From Marsupella aquatica (lineage: Eukaryota > Plantae > Marchantiophyta): a stretch of 64,000 nucleotides of DNA. The notes under the pieces are model-generated. The model worked only from the letters and a program-made list of their open reading frames with translations, made no database searches and had not been told where the DNA came from. Positions 22,391 to 35,745 of this stretch are shown piece after piece (within the stretch, counting starts at the first letter, position 1; every line of letters begins with the position of its first letter). A program made the position numbers and the translations under genes. The DNA is taken from positions 20,223,869-20,287,868 of the forward strand of contig OZ316892.1 of assembly GCA_973895155.1 (NCBI GenBank), in the 5' to 3' direction.

Positions 22391-25300
22391 GTAATTGTTT
22401 TCTCCTCGGACCAGTCAGACGTTATTAAAAGTCATTGCCGTAGAATATTGTCAGCAACAGCCTCAGCGTCATCATTTTGCTGTGTACCTTCAAACTAACC
22501 CAAATTCTGATGGTCCTTCCAATGCTCTGTAATACTTTGTAAGTGATGCTTTGAATAGGGCTCTACTCATTGTATCTCCAAAATTTGCATTGGAACTCGC
22601 TGACATAATATTTTCTTCTCCTAAAAATTGCCACGATCTATTCTCTTCACAATTCTCTTTGGGCATGAACTCATAAAAAATGCTTTCAATAGAGCTCTAC
22701 TCATAATGATTTTATTGACATGGAAAACCTGAATGGTTCCTGGTTTAATTAAATACATATATTAAAATGAAAGTTGCACTAATGCTAAGAAATTGCACTT
22801 TTTGGTTTGTTTTATGAGATTAGTTTTATCTCATGCACCAAGAACCATTGCACTATATCCTTGTACTATAACGAGAGAAGAACTTGCAATTCCTTGCACA
22901 CATTTTTGTGCAACTTACAATTCCCTTGCACTTAAATGAGGTAGACTCTCGTGCAGTGCACATTCTGGAAGTTTTATGTTGCACTTAGGGAGTTGTGACA
23001 GCTGTGTTTTTGGTAAGTATTTTTTTAGCTACCAAAAACCTGCACCATAAACACTTATCTATAAAGCATAATCCTTATTCTGAACTTATCAATAAGTGAT
23101 TCCAAGGAACTTATCAATAAGTGTGCCATATTTCAGTGGTATGCATGTTATGCACTTACTGAGTTCAAAACAGGTGTTTTAGAATTACAAAGACCATAAA
23201 CCCCAAAACCCTATAGTGCATAGCTGAGCTTTCAGGGGAGTGTGGACTTACAAAGTCAGAGTTCACCCGCATATTTCCTCCATGACTGTAGATATTTTGT
23301 AGAAGGGTCTCATCAAAGGCTGGGGATGGGTAAACTAGGATGTCCCTAACCTCTTGGGTCTGGCTCCCATCGCACTGGGCTTTCCGGAAGTAAAGTAACG
23401 GATTTGGAAATACCTGGTTTGCCACTTGTGACCGAACTCTAAAGGTCATACTTTAGGGGTGCCTAGGGATCTTTTGGGGCCCTTCAGGTTTGAGACTCCC
23501 TACTGCTTTGACGTGATACTTTGACCACCAGAGCAGTCTTCTCTCATGACAATCACGTCTTTCACATTTTGTCCTTGCAGAGAATCATTTCATTTTACAT
23601 TTTGAACATTACGAACTCAGAGTACGTGCACAGGCAACTTTAGACACGGCAAAGCCAGTGATACAGCCATACAGGCTCTGGCCGTCACCGCATAATTGGT
23701 AGATGACGTCTAGCTGGTCTCGACTGTTGACACCAACAAAGCGTTTAGCGACTACTGGTGATGGTACGGTGTTCGTTTAAAGGCAAACCAGCCCTCGTTT
23801 CTGTCATTGATTGCAACAATACATATTTGCTAATTTGCTGGCCGACCTCAGAGTGTACATGTCAGCTGCCGATGTGTTCCCACATGTTGCACGTCTAAAG
23901 GATGGCATGATATTAAGAAAGCAAACGGCTTAGCTTGCACATTAATACTGTCCCTTCCATATATTGCCCACAGGAGGTGGGTCTCTGCAGTATATCAGGC
24001 CTCCAATGGAACCTGAGTGTACTTAGTGTACGTGATGACAGAAGTTCATCCCAGCTGGGCACCAACATTATTGTCTGCAATTCTAGGAGTGCCGTGCAGC
24101 GCAGTAACCGCGTGAGTTGTTGTGGACACGTTGGTCAACAACTTCACTTGGAATTTCATCTCTTGCGGATGATACCTCGGTCGATAGATTGGGAACTACT
24201 AGAAATCTGCTTCCACAAGCAATCCACTTCGCTTCAGTGTACAAGAAAGGGATGGCAGGAGGAAACTCTACAGTACTTCTAGCCGATATATTATCTGAGG
24301 TAGTGGACGCCACTGGACAGTCCTGCGCTCCATTTTGCCCGGTGCCGAGGACACTATGCGGTCAGCCTGCCGAATACTACGTACGTCTTGATCGCCGCTC
24401 TACAACGTTTAATACTCTACTCACGGTGCCAACTGAAGGCAGAAAGTTCAAGCTCGGGGAGGGGGCCGTCAACAACGATTCTGTACCTGTAGCTTTGCCG
24501 GATGGAGATATGCTAAGTTGTCACCAAGACTATTGACGAACTACACTGGAGAACATTCCTTGGAGGGAGCATGTACACTGCAGACTCCCCGGACCAATTC
24601 TCTGACCTTACTTTGCAGATTGAATGCATAAGACAGCAGTGTATAAGACGCTCAAGGATGCTTAAGGAAGAGGATTTCTGGGCTGGCCCAATGGAGTGGG
24701 CAGTGTCTCAATAACAACAGTCTGGTTCCCGCCGGGAGCTACACATACGTGCCTGCAGCTGCAGTTGTCCCACGAGGTATACCACATTATACCCTGCCAT
24801 GCCATTTCCCGCCCCTTCCTCGTGTGCGTTGTTTTCCTGTACTAGTATAGGTGAAGCATACATTGAGAGAAACTCACTAAAAGAGAACCATCCATTGTCA
24901 GTCCGATACAATGAGTAATGGGCGGCCGGATGCATTGTCTTCTGCTATGAGGGAGTTGGCCGCTGACGACCTAGATTGATTGATTTCTCGCTCACTTGCT
25001 TTGAGGGGTGGGTCGGACTGAAGATCGTCTTGTTGATCGATCGGCCATCATTTGGACCTTCTGGGCAGGCATGCACTCTTCGCTCTTGTTTTCGTTGGGG
25101 TTCCTTGGACTTCAACATCTTTTCATCCGTTATTTCAGTATTTCTTTCTTCCATGCACAATCATATGGAATTTCTGTGTGGTGGGCAGATGGGCTCAGTT
25201 CACCCTTGGCTTGAATTGTCCTAAAATTTTCGTCTATCGTAGATCTGCTCTTAATTAGTTTGACGAGCTACTGCCATCCACGTCTGTTGTTCAGTTTCAC

Positions 25301-26932
25301 AACACTAATGGCTATGATCTAAGCGAGAGCTTTGTCAGCAAGGTCGTACTAAATTTATCGTCAGGTCTTGATATAGTTACCGAAAGCTTGTACTGTAATT
25401 TCTGAGTTGCTGGACATTCGTTGATCGATTCATTGGGGCCAAAATGCTAGTTGCGGGCCCAGTCTCAATGTTTCTGGTTGTGTCTAACAGGTCTATCATC
25501 CTTCCAATTCACACGTGGATGTCCTCTGAGTCTACCCGCTAGGGGGTAAAGATGCGTTAACCCTGATCTCCTGGACAAGGCTCCTTCGATACCATCATTG
25601 GTGTGCACACTTACCCCAGACCGATTATGTGTGAAACCATCCAGTGATCTACATGTAAGCTAAAAGTCATTGCTCCACAATCATATTCTGTCAGGTTGGA
25701 AAACTGCTGTGTGGTGGAACCAATTTTGGACTAAAACTCAACAACTGTAGATCTTCTAGTTATTAGTCTTGGTGGTATCCTCTAGCTAGTAACATGCACT
25801 GTGTCATATATGGGTTTGAAGAGACCGTCACAGGTTCACCGCTTGTATTTGGTTTCCGTGGTCAGCAACTTGCATTATTTTATTGTATTTTGTAGTAAGA
25901 TTGAACCTACAGTCAATAGGTGAACAGTCAGATTCCTCTATTGCTTTGGATTCTTAGTTTACCATAAGGTCCTGGTTTACCTGAGAGCAACTCAGTTAAC
26001 GAAGGCCGAGGGTGACAGTCATTGTGAGCTTTACAGGCAATTATCAGTAAGATATATCGTAGCTAGGATGCATCGAACTTACTTAGTTCTGGTCAATTGG
26101 CATGCTGAAGGTAGCTCAAAAGTTATTCTTATCTCAAGAAATTTCTATACTATGATGGAGCGAGCCCAGGAGAGATGTTCCCATATATGGTACAATCTAG
26201 TGAAGAACTTTCTAGTATGAGCTAGCAATGGGGAATTTTGGTCTTCAGCCAGAGGTACTGGCCACCATGTGGTACTTCAATCTAAAGGTAGCTAAAAGCC
26301 TTACGTATTTGAGGAAGTCTTCAATGCATGCTTGATGTGTTTCTTCTCGGCCCCATTCTTTCGTTTGTTTGTTGACTTCTTCCATGTCTGCTACGTACAT
26401 TACAGTAGCCAGTCCGTTCCGTCTGATACTGTTGTTACTGTTGTTTATACAAAAATATGGTGACAAAGAGAGTACATGAGATTTGCCAGCAACTGTACAA
26501 AGCTGAGTCGTTGTCAGAATCTAGCTATATTGGATAAGTTTGTGTACCCTGGTTAGATCAACGCACAGTCATGAGGTGCGGAAGATATTGAAAATAATTT
26601 TTACACTCTTCAACTCGATGTGAGGTAGAGAGAAGTGCATTTGATGTTTACTCGATGGTCCTTGGCCTACAGGATTGCAAGGTGTGAAATCTCACAGCAC
26701 GAGTGGGTCGACGGAAAAGGTACAGTAGCTTCTTGGGGGTACAACTTTCGTCTATCAAGGTATATTGCCATTTCTGAACACCAGCTATCAGTTCAGGTTT
26801 CTGTGCCTAAACAATTGAGATTGTCTACAAAGGGTTACTCTGGACGAGTCCAGTTACCTTTCTCAAATGTAGATTCTAAATGTCAAAGGTTCACCTGATC
26901 AAATTTCATCGCATATCTTATCATACAGAATC

Positions 26933-29900
26933 ATGGCAGCTTTAGTAGTGGCCACCGAGGTTGTGGCGTTGGTGGGCGGGATCGTCGACCTATGCCAAAA
27001 AATCTCCGACATTGCGTCCACTTTAGAGACTCTCGGAGGGACCTCGGCCAATCTTCCGTCGGGCATTAAAACCCTTCGCTCAAGAATCCAGGATGTTCAG
27101 CAGCAACTCAGCATTCGTGGGGAACGTGTGAATGGCAACGTGGTGGAGAAGTTGGAGACTGCGAACTCCACACTGTTGAAAGCAGAGTCGGACATACAAG
27201 ATCTGAAGAAAAGATTTGAAAGCAATAAGTGTTGTTTCCTACGATGGTGGCTGTCTGTCAAATTATGTATGAATTCATTCTCAGCTAAACTTGATGAACG
27301 AATTCGATCTGTGGACAAGGCCTTCGATGATGTCATCAAAATCATGAAGGACGAGATAGAACTAAAAACTCTTGTGCAACAGGATGCCGACCTTCGACCT
27401 ACCCCAACAAAAATATCCCCCATTGATGACCTTTATGTTCCTATTGTGGAGGTACAGAATGCTGTCATCGCAGCAATTGAAAAATTGGATGGCTCTCCCT
27501 TAGTATTGTTGCATGGTGGCGTCGGCAAAGGGAAATCTACTTTAGCAAGTATGTGCATAAGTTTTATGAAAACAGAAAAGATGCGTTTCAATATGTGCTC
27601 CTAGTCAACTGTGCAGGCAGCTCCAAATTTGATCCTTCGAACAAGCAGCATGAAATCTTGAGGAGACTTTCTCCCGCTAGCTTAACCACTAATCCAGGGA
27701 GAGAACACAATGACTTTAATATTAGGATTGCACAATCCCTCCATGAATTTTTCTTGAGTGGCAGCAAGATGTTAATCATTCTAGACGATGTCTCAGACAG
27801 TCTGTTTATCGATGAGATGTTGAAAGCTTCTCAATGTCGTACAAACGTGAAGTACTTTGTTACTTCCCAAAATCCCAATTTGTGTAACAGCTGTAGGAAG
27901 TATTGTTTCCCTATTCCCATGAGCGATCCCAACGATCATGAGGCGAAGACGATTCTTGCGACCCTTGTTGGACTGAAGGACAACTTAATTCCGGAAAAGT
28001 TACAGGTCCGTTTCCGAAATTCACTTTCAGACCTTTTGTTTGTTTGTTCCTTATCATGTTCAAAGTTTACGTTGGACTGTAGACTCCAAAACAGTGCTCT
28101 ATTTCAATTTTATTGAATAATGTAATAAGTATATGTTAAAGCTTCTTTACCAAGATTGGTTTTCCATGGTTTAGTAACTAGTACGGCAATATTTTGTTTG
28201 GCATGCAGGGATTTGCAGTTCAGATGATAGAGGCTACAGGTGGAAACCCATTAGCTCTCTCCTGTTTGGCGAGTAATTTTGCTAATAACCAAGACAAAAC
28301 AAATGTGCGTGCATGGAATGAAGCCTACAGAGCACTGTGTCACATACTTGGCGATTCAAAGAATATGACGGTCCTCTGGGGCACTTCTGATGATACTCCC
28401 CCCAGAAGTCTTTGGGCTGCCATGCAAGTTTGTATTAATTGTTTGCAGAGCCAGGATGCCAAAGATATTTTGTTCTTGATGTACGCCTGTGAAGGAGAAT
28501 CAGTCCCAGAGGAGGTGTTGAGAATTCTGCATGCTACAGCAAAAACTTCGGGTGGCATGTTTTCCACCAAGTCATGGTCCATGTTGACGACACTGAAGCT
28601 TTACATTGACCAGCATATGGCTAGTGACCAGGAAATGCGGACTCTTTTCAGTGTTTTCAGAGGGGAAGGTGAAACTAAAGCGGATTCTAGCATCAACCAT
28701 GAACGGGGCTCTGAAGTAGAACCAATGGAGAACAGGCAGACCAAAGTGGCAATCGCTCTGTGTGCATTGTACTTCGATCGAGATCATACTGATAAAAATG
28801 TAAAAGAGGCTGCAACTTGGGCTTGCGAAAAATCGCGTATGAACGACTGGAATGCTACCATCAAAGACAGGAGACGAAAGGCCATTGAGCCCCTAATCTG
28901 GTTGCTGGACCAGACAGAAATAGACGACCCTACATGGAGAGAATCACATATCCACTGTCTGAGACAGGTACCTCCGGCTGCCCTTAAGGGTTTTGATTTA
29001 TCCTCCACTTTCGATAGATTCATTTGTGCATGTTATTAACTTACCGTGTTGAACCAACGTTTCCACTGTCTAGGACTTACCTCCTGTAACGTTTGAGAAA
29101 CAGTATCTTATGTATTTTTATATGTTGCGTCATGGTGATCATATTTTCGTGTCAGCCATCCCATATCTATAAACCACAATATTGTTTTTAAGAAGTCGGA
29201 ACAACAGCATGCATTTGTCTCCTGAACACTTCACTTGCATGCTGAGCTATGTTTCTGGGTTTACTGCAAGAAAGAAAAACAAAAGTTAGAAATAGAAATA
29301 TGCAGTGAATTTGTACTTGGGAGAAATCTTGCGGAAATCTTGCTGTGCATTACAGTTTGCCTTATTTTGAAACGAGAGGAATTTGTATCCCCGAGATTCC
29401 AGCCCGATGGATTCTCCTTCCCGAAGTAACTTGTATGACTCTTTTTAGTTTCTTTCATGATTACAGGTATTTCTGAGGTACATCTGTTTCAACGAGCTCG
29501 ATGACAGCAACATCTGTATCCTGTTGAAGTTGACGAGTTGTCCATCAGCCCAGTTGGCAATGCTCGTTGCTCTTGCCGAAATTCTTGACATCGAAGAAAT
29601 ACCTTTGCTAAAACCTGATCGTGTGACTTTTGTGCAACAACTGGTGCACATTTTGAAATCCTATCCAGAATTCAACCCAAACATTCATGACGCTGCCTGG
29701 AAAGCACTTGATAAAGTTGCCTGGAAATCTGGTCAGGAAAGGGAGTCAGATTCTATCGTACGCAGCACACCAGATCTTTTGCCCACATTGCAACGCTCTC
29801 TCCAAGATTCAGATACACGTGCAAAAGATGCTGCCTCGATTTTGTGGTCGCTGTGTTATGACGGAGATGAATCAATATCCCTCTATATTCTCACTGGAGA

Positions 29901-31744
29901 TGGCGCCGGGTTACTCAATAGCCTCCTCAAGTCTCTCTTCCAGAATGAGAACCCTGAACTACAGGAAAATGCAGCATGGGCTTTACGCAATCTAGCATCT
30001 GAACAGGACACAATTCAGCTTCGAATTTTGGGTGAATATTGGGCGCTGGAGGGCCTCGTGGTTGCTCTCTCCAACGTTCGGAATCCCAAATTGCAAGAAG
30101 CCGCAGCGGCGGTGTTGCAGGGTCTAGCTACAGGAGAGGAGTCCATCAAACTCCAAGTTTCGGGTGTACATGGGGCACTTGCAGGCCTGGTCAAGTCTCT
30201 CTCCGAGAATGAGAACCCTGAACTACAGGAAAATGCAGCATGGGCTTTAAGCAATCTAGCAATGGGCCCGGACACAATCAAGCTACGAATTTTGGGTGAA
30301 GATGGGACGCTGGAGGGCCTCGTGGGGGCTCTGTCCAACGTTCGGAATCCCAAATTGCAAGAAGCGGCAGCGGCGACGTTGCACAATCTAACTTTAGTAG
30401 GGGAGTCCATCGAACTCCAAATTTTGGGAGTAGATGGGGCACTTGCAGGCCTGGTCAAGTCTCTCTCTCAGGACAAGAACCCTGAACTACAGGAACATGC
30501 AGCATGGGCTTTAAGCAATCTAGCAAACGGCCCGGACACAATCAAGCTACGAATTTTGGGTGAAGATGGGACGCTGGAGGGCCTCGTGGGGGCTCTGTCT
30601 AACGTTCGGAATCCCAAATTGCAAGAAGCGGCAGCGGTGACGTTGCACGATCTAACTTCAGGAAAAGAATCCATCGAACTCCAAATTTTGGGCGTAGATG
30701 GGGCACTTGCAGGCCTGGTCAAGTCTCTCTCTCAGGACAAGAACCCTGAACTACAGGAACATGCAGCATGGGCTTTAAGCAATCTAGCAAACGGCACGGA
30801 CACAATCAAGCTACGAATTTTGGGTGAAGATGGGACGCTGGAGGGCCTCGTGGGGGCTCTGTCCAACGTTCGGAATCCCAAATTGCAAGAAGCGGCAGCA
30901 TCCATTGCTGAGTCTAGCTACAGGAGGGGAGTCCATCAAAATCCAAATTGCGGGTGCAGATGGGGCACTTGCAGGCCTGGTCAAGTGTCTCTCCGAGGAC
31001 GAGAACCCTGAACTACAGGGAAATACAGCTTTTGCTTTAAGCAATCTAGCATATGGACTCCAGCCGATGAAGACCAAAATTTTGAATGAAGCTGGGGCGC
31101 TTGGGGGCCTCGTGGGGGCCTTGTCAAAGGACCGGAATCCCAAATTGCAAAAGAACGCAGCAGGGGCTTTAGCTAATCTATCCATGGGAGGGGACTCAAC
31201 GAATCTCAAGCTCAGAATTTTGGATGAAGCTGGGGCGCTCGAGGGCCTCGTGGGTGCCTTGTCAAAGGACAGGAATCCCACATTGCAAAAGAATGCAGCA
31301 GGGGCTTTAGCTAATCTAGCCATGGGAGGGGACTCAACGAATCTCAAGCTCAGAATTTTGGATGAAGCTGGGGCGCTTGAGGGCCTCGTGGGGGCCTTGT
31401 CAAAGGACCGGAATCCCAAATTGCAGAAGAATGCAGCAAGGGCTTTAGCTAATCTAGCCATGGGAGGGGACTCAACGAATATCACAATTGTGAAGAAGGA
31501 AGGGGCACTTGCAGGCCTGCTGAGGGCGCACTCGAAAGGCAACAATCGGCTTTTGCAGAAGCACGTTGCAGCCGCGTTAGTCAATTTGGCGTCTACACAA
31601 GACCCATCAATCAAGATCAAAGCGAGGTCCGAGGAGGGCTGGTTGGCTGCTCTGACCAAATCTGCAGCCGAGGGTGACACTGAGTTTCGAAAGGAAGCAC
31701 AACGTGCATTGGAAAATCTTGAGGTCGGGAAGCCTTGGGGCTAG
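26933..31744 (+). pseudogene. Second CC-NB-ARC-ARM paralog, frameshifted; exons 26933-28005, 28209-28967, 29467-31744
   Basis: Same exon structure as copy 1. 1-bp deletion at 27549/27550 just after the P-loop, in-frame 96-bp deletion near 28568, 2-bp deletion near 30902, and 792 bp of extra ARM repeats. Confidence 0.88.
29890..31485 (+). repeat. Expanded ARM-repeat array of copy 2 (twelve high-identity units; a 264-bp AB dimer present four times)
   Basis: NPELQE(N/H)AAWAL and NVRNPKLQEAAA units alternate four times, then one EDENPELQGNTAF unit and three KDRNP(K/T)LQKNAA units. Confidence 0.93.
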
Positions 31745-34657
31745 AAATGGCTGGAGAGGTACCTCTTAAGACTGGGCTCGTGAAGACTACCTAGAGCAAA
31801 GTGGCGTATTTAAGTATCTCACAAACGTGGAATTTCTCAGTTGGGAAGGACTGGTCCAAGGTCCAACTCCTATGCCCAGATCATACGAAGGACAATTGAT
31901 TATTATATCAGAGTACCCCAAGGCTTGAATATCCATGATCTGGGCTTACAGCTCACTTGAATGTCTGAAATCAAGAGCTTCTCACTTGTACGTATTCACG
32001 TTAATCTCCCAAGCTTGGGAACGCCAAGACTGATTGAAGCATCTGCTAGCAAATAGGTGAATTCTCTTTGAACAAGGTTCAGACAGGCAATGTTGGAGCT
32101 CCGGGGTGTCTAGGCAATTAGTCCTGCCTACGGATCCGGTGGCCCCAGACTTGATGGTTACATCACAATCATCACATTCAGATTACTTCACGGTGGTTAG
32201 ACACCTTTATAAATTATGCCCAGTGCTCGAACAGAACTCGCTCAGCTACCTATTTGAAATTGAGGTATTTCCCCCAATCCATATGAGACCTGCTTTTCTA
32301 GGCATGTAGTCAGTTCCCTTCCCATTTTTTCAGTCACGATTTCGACCTCCCTGCAGTTGATGCTCTGCTATTCTCGTTTCACTGTACACGGCAGACACAG
32401 TTACAACGCAGGCGGCTCAGGTGATGCAGATACGCAACCCCTCTGAAATATTCTAACCTCATTCTTCTTTGTGAGCAGGGTTTACTTGAGGCTGCCCTGG
32501 AAGCCCTTCCTTGCAGTTTCACAAAGTACGAATTGGACGCCAGTAGTAAAGTAAGGACCCGAACTCCTAAATATGATTCATACAAGTTTCAGTAAGCCTC
32601 ACGAGTCTCACTTCTGTGCAGCCAACCAGAGTGTAAATCATTTTGTCTCCAGGAAGTCCACTCTCTTTGGACCTGGAAAATGGACAGTGCACAGTAGGTG
32701 ATTGTTTTAGATTTATCTAAGTGATCTGCTCAATTTGCATTGTACTGAACTGAAAGGGTTTTAGCTTTTTTAGTATAGCTTGTATTCCATGACGGCTGAT
32801 GTCGCCTACATCAATCCGGGCCCTACTTCCTCCTGTCATCCTAAATAATTTTGAGGTCACCAGTACTTCCCAAGTCGGAATCTCACATTTATATTGGGTG
32901 CAGATTGTGAAGCATGAGGAGAGCTGGAACATAAGCGGTCTCGAAGCAATAGGACAGCTCCTCAAAACCATCCCCGAGAAACCATCTGAGAGAGCTTTTT
33001 GGAGGGGGCCTCGGTCATTCTAACAGCTTGTTCCAATCAATGTGGTGAATGCACATCAGATCCACTGTCTTACCTTTGTACTGTATCATACTTCTCGTAG
33101 TGGCATTGAGGCTGAAGGCTTTTGAATGTCCTCAGGTGTGAATGCCTGAAGGTCAAGTCGCAGAGCCATTTATTCATACCTGAAGATTAGCACAGCTCTG
33201 GCTTATGATGGTCTCAATTCTGGCCTAATAATCATTTGGAGAACTGAGGCCCATGTCTAGAAGAACACTTTTGCGGCTGAAGAGCAAAATCAAAGTTCTC
33301 TCCAGAGCATTTGGATTGAGGTCCAGTCTAGTTACATAGGAAATTTTTGAGACATTCTAGTGGTTGAGGTCAATATATCTCAAGCATCCATACTGGGAGA
33401 TATGGCAACTTTGTCTTGTGTTTTCATACTTGGTTGTGCCCCCGTTGTTGATGTTGTATCCATACTTGGAACTTGGAAAAATAAACACACTTGCCTGGGG
33501 AAGTAGATGGCCTAATAACAGAAATGGCCATCGTCATGAAACACATGGGTGTAGTAATGGGCATGCCTTTCTCGTCAGAAATTAAACCACAGCTGCCCCT
33601 TCAAGAGCTACGGGTTACGTGTAGTGTCCAAAATTCACTATTAATAGTAATTTTTTTCCAAAATAGTGGGGCAGATTGGCACCTTAGAGAAAAGGAGTGG
33701 AATGTGGAAAAAGGGAGAAGTTGTGGTTTCAAGAGACGGCAAAGTAATTGGATCAATTGGAAACCATGAAGAGATTACCTTGGGCCCGGCAGTTGAGATC
33801 GGAATTCATAGTTATAGAGCATGAGCTTGCAAAATCAGGCCTAATCCTACAGAAAATGTTAGGAAATGTTAGGACTCAGCAGATAGACAATGACAATGGG
33901 GAATTAATACCACTCCAAACAAAGTCAACAGTTTTTTGTTGGAGAAATACAGTTTGCCCTAAACTGGAAGAAAGTACCAAGGCCTACCTAGCGCCATTAG
34001 CGATGTTCCCTTTGTTTTTGAGTAGTACACTAAACCATCCCCAACCTGCAGCCCTGTTCCCTCTCCCCCTACCCCCCTCATTGGTACATTTTTTGCTAAA
34101 ATAACTTCAGAGCCTGATTTGTCCACAACTTCACTTCATTCTGATCAGATTTGGAAAAGTTATGAGTGTGAACAGCAAGACAGGTTCATGCATCCAAGTC
34201 CAGAGCTCAATCTTCTATTTTCAGTTATACTAGTTCATGTGTTTTTCTTACACGTGTGAATGCAAGGTAGTAACAATATTGACTGTGCAACGTGCGTCAG
34301 TAGTGGCGAGCGAAAGCAGATTAGGGGGGTAGTAAGGTTCACGGATGTTTTTCAGGTTTACTTTCCAGCCATCCTAATTATTTATCATATTCCGTTCAAT
34401 CATATATCACTCTATCAAAGAACCATATGTCAAACCAGGAGAGAAGGTCACATGGGCACAAGACCCATTAAAGGGGATAAAACAAAGAAAAGCCCAGGAA
34501 AATCAAGAGCCAAAAGCCAAAATACCTGAGTCCCACACAACCCCAAATGAGGTAACTAAATCGCCACCCAACAATAAACTGAAAAGCCTGGCACATTTAG
34601 ATCCTTTGATGGACATGCAATCCCTTAAACTGAAGGCCTTATGGACCTAAATGTTCA

Positions 34658-34803
34658 ATGAGATGCCTAGATGGACCATTGCAACTCTAATGGACCACAG
34701 AAACCTTATTTTCAAACGCTGGATGAGATGCCTAGATGGACCATGCAACACCAATGGACCACATAAACCTTATTTCATTTCAAGGCGTTGGATGAGATGT
34801 CTA
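34658..34803. repeat. Degenerate tandem repeat, 65-70-bp unit, about 2.2 copies
   Basis: ATGAGATG(C/T)CTA recurs at 34658, 34723 and 34793. Confidence 0.75.
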
Positions 34804-35745
34804 ACAGGGGGTGTCAAAACAACGCCATAAATGAGATACGGCCAAGTCCATAAAACTGCTTTATGGCGGACATAAGGAGTTATGGGCTACCTAAATACAA
34901 GCTCCGTAGTCTAAAATGTTTCAGCCCATAACACTTTGCTTCAGGGAGAACTTTGACACGCCCTAATGGACCATTGCTCCATTCCCGGTTTGGACTTGTC
35001 AGACAAATAGGGCCTCTGGGTTCCAACAAATGACATATGTTGCCCCAGTCGATCCCGGCCGGGTGACAGGGTCGGGCCAGGATAATGGCGGGTCGGGGGT
35101 CGGTCGGGCGTCGGGCAGGTCGGGGGGGGGGGGTCGGGTCGGGAAGGGGAGGCCGGGCCAGGAAGGGGTGGCCAGGGAGGGGCGGGATGTTTTGGGAAAT
35201 CTCGGTCCCAGTTGACGAATATAAAGGAATATCTGACAAAATACCCATTTTTGAGCCGACAAGTTGTCATTTGTCATGTCCGACAAGTCTACAACGTGTC
35301 TGACGGTGAAAACCGGGGCTCCATTGCAACAAGGATGGACCACCACAAACCTTCTTTTCCTTTGTAATAAATACACAACTTTTGGTCAGAGTGACCTGGT
35401 CCATATGGTTGCAAGGTTCATGGGACAGGTCCATCCGAGCATTGATTTCTTGCAAGATCGTAAAACCCAAAACCCCGACTGAAGGCAATGGCGAAGTCCG
35501 AGAGCCAGAAATCTGTCGACAGCTCTTCGAGATATGGCGAGAGTTGCTGAGACCTCATCCTGCTGCTGCTGAAGGAGGCGCACTCATCATTTGTTCTGTT
35601 AGATGCAGCCAATTCATGTCCCCCTCGGCGGAAGGAATGAAGAAGTGTTCGGAGGCACAGGTACTGTAGGTCCTAATGTTGACGGTGGTTTTTGATCAGG
35701 TGGCGTCACAATTTCCCAATCCCAGCCGATTCCAGGAGCAGCAGC

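Larger units (their letters stand above)
23490..32755. repeat. Tandem segmental duplication, high-identity core of copy 2
   Basis: Colinear paralog of 8717-18154. Confidence 0.95.

Noticed and set aside
8717-32755. Duplication as an uncollapsed-haplotype assembly artefact
   Set aside because: The copies differ by many substitutions, indels and repeat number, and a novel junction with a decayed FtsH12 fragment lies between them.
34880-35376. Several Pro-rich or Gly-rich ORFs
   Set aside because: Artefacts of the G-rich tract.
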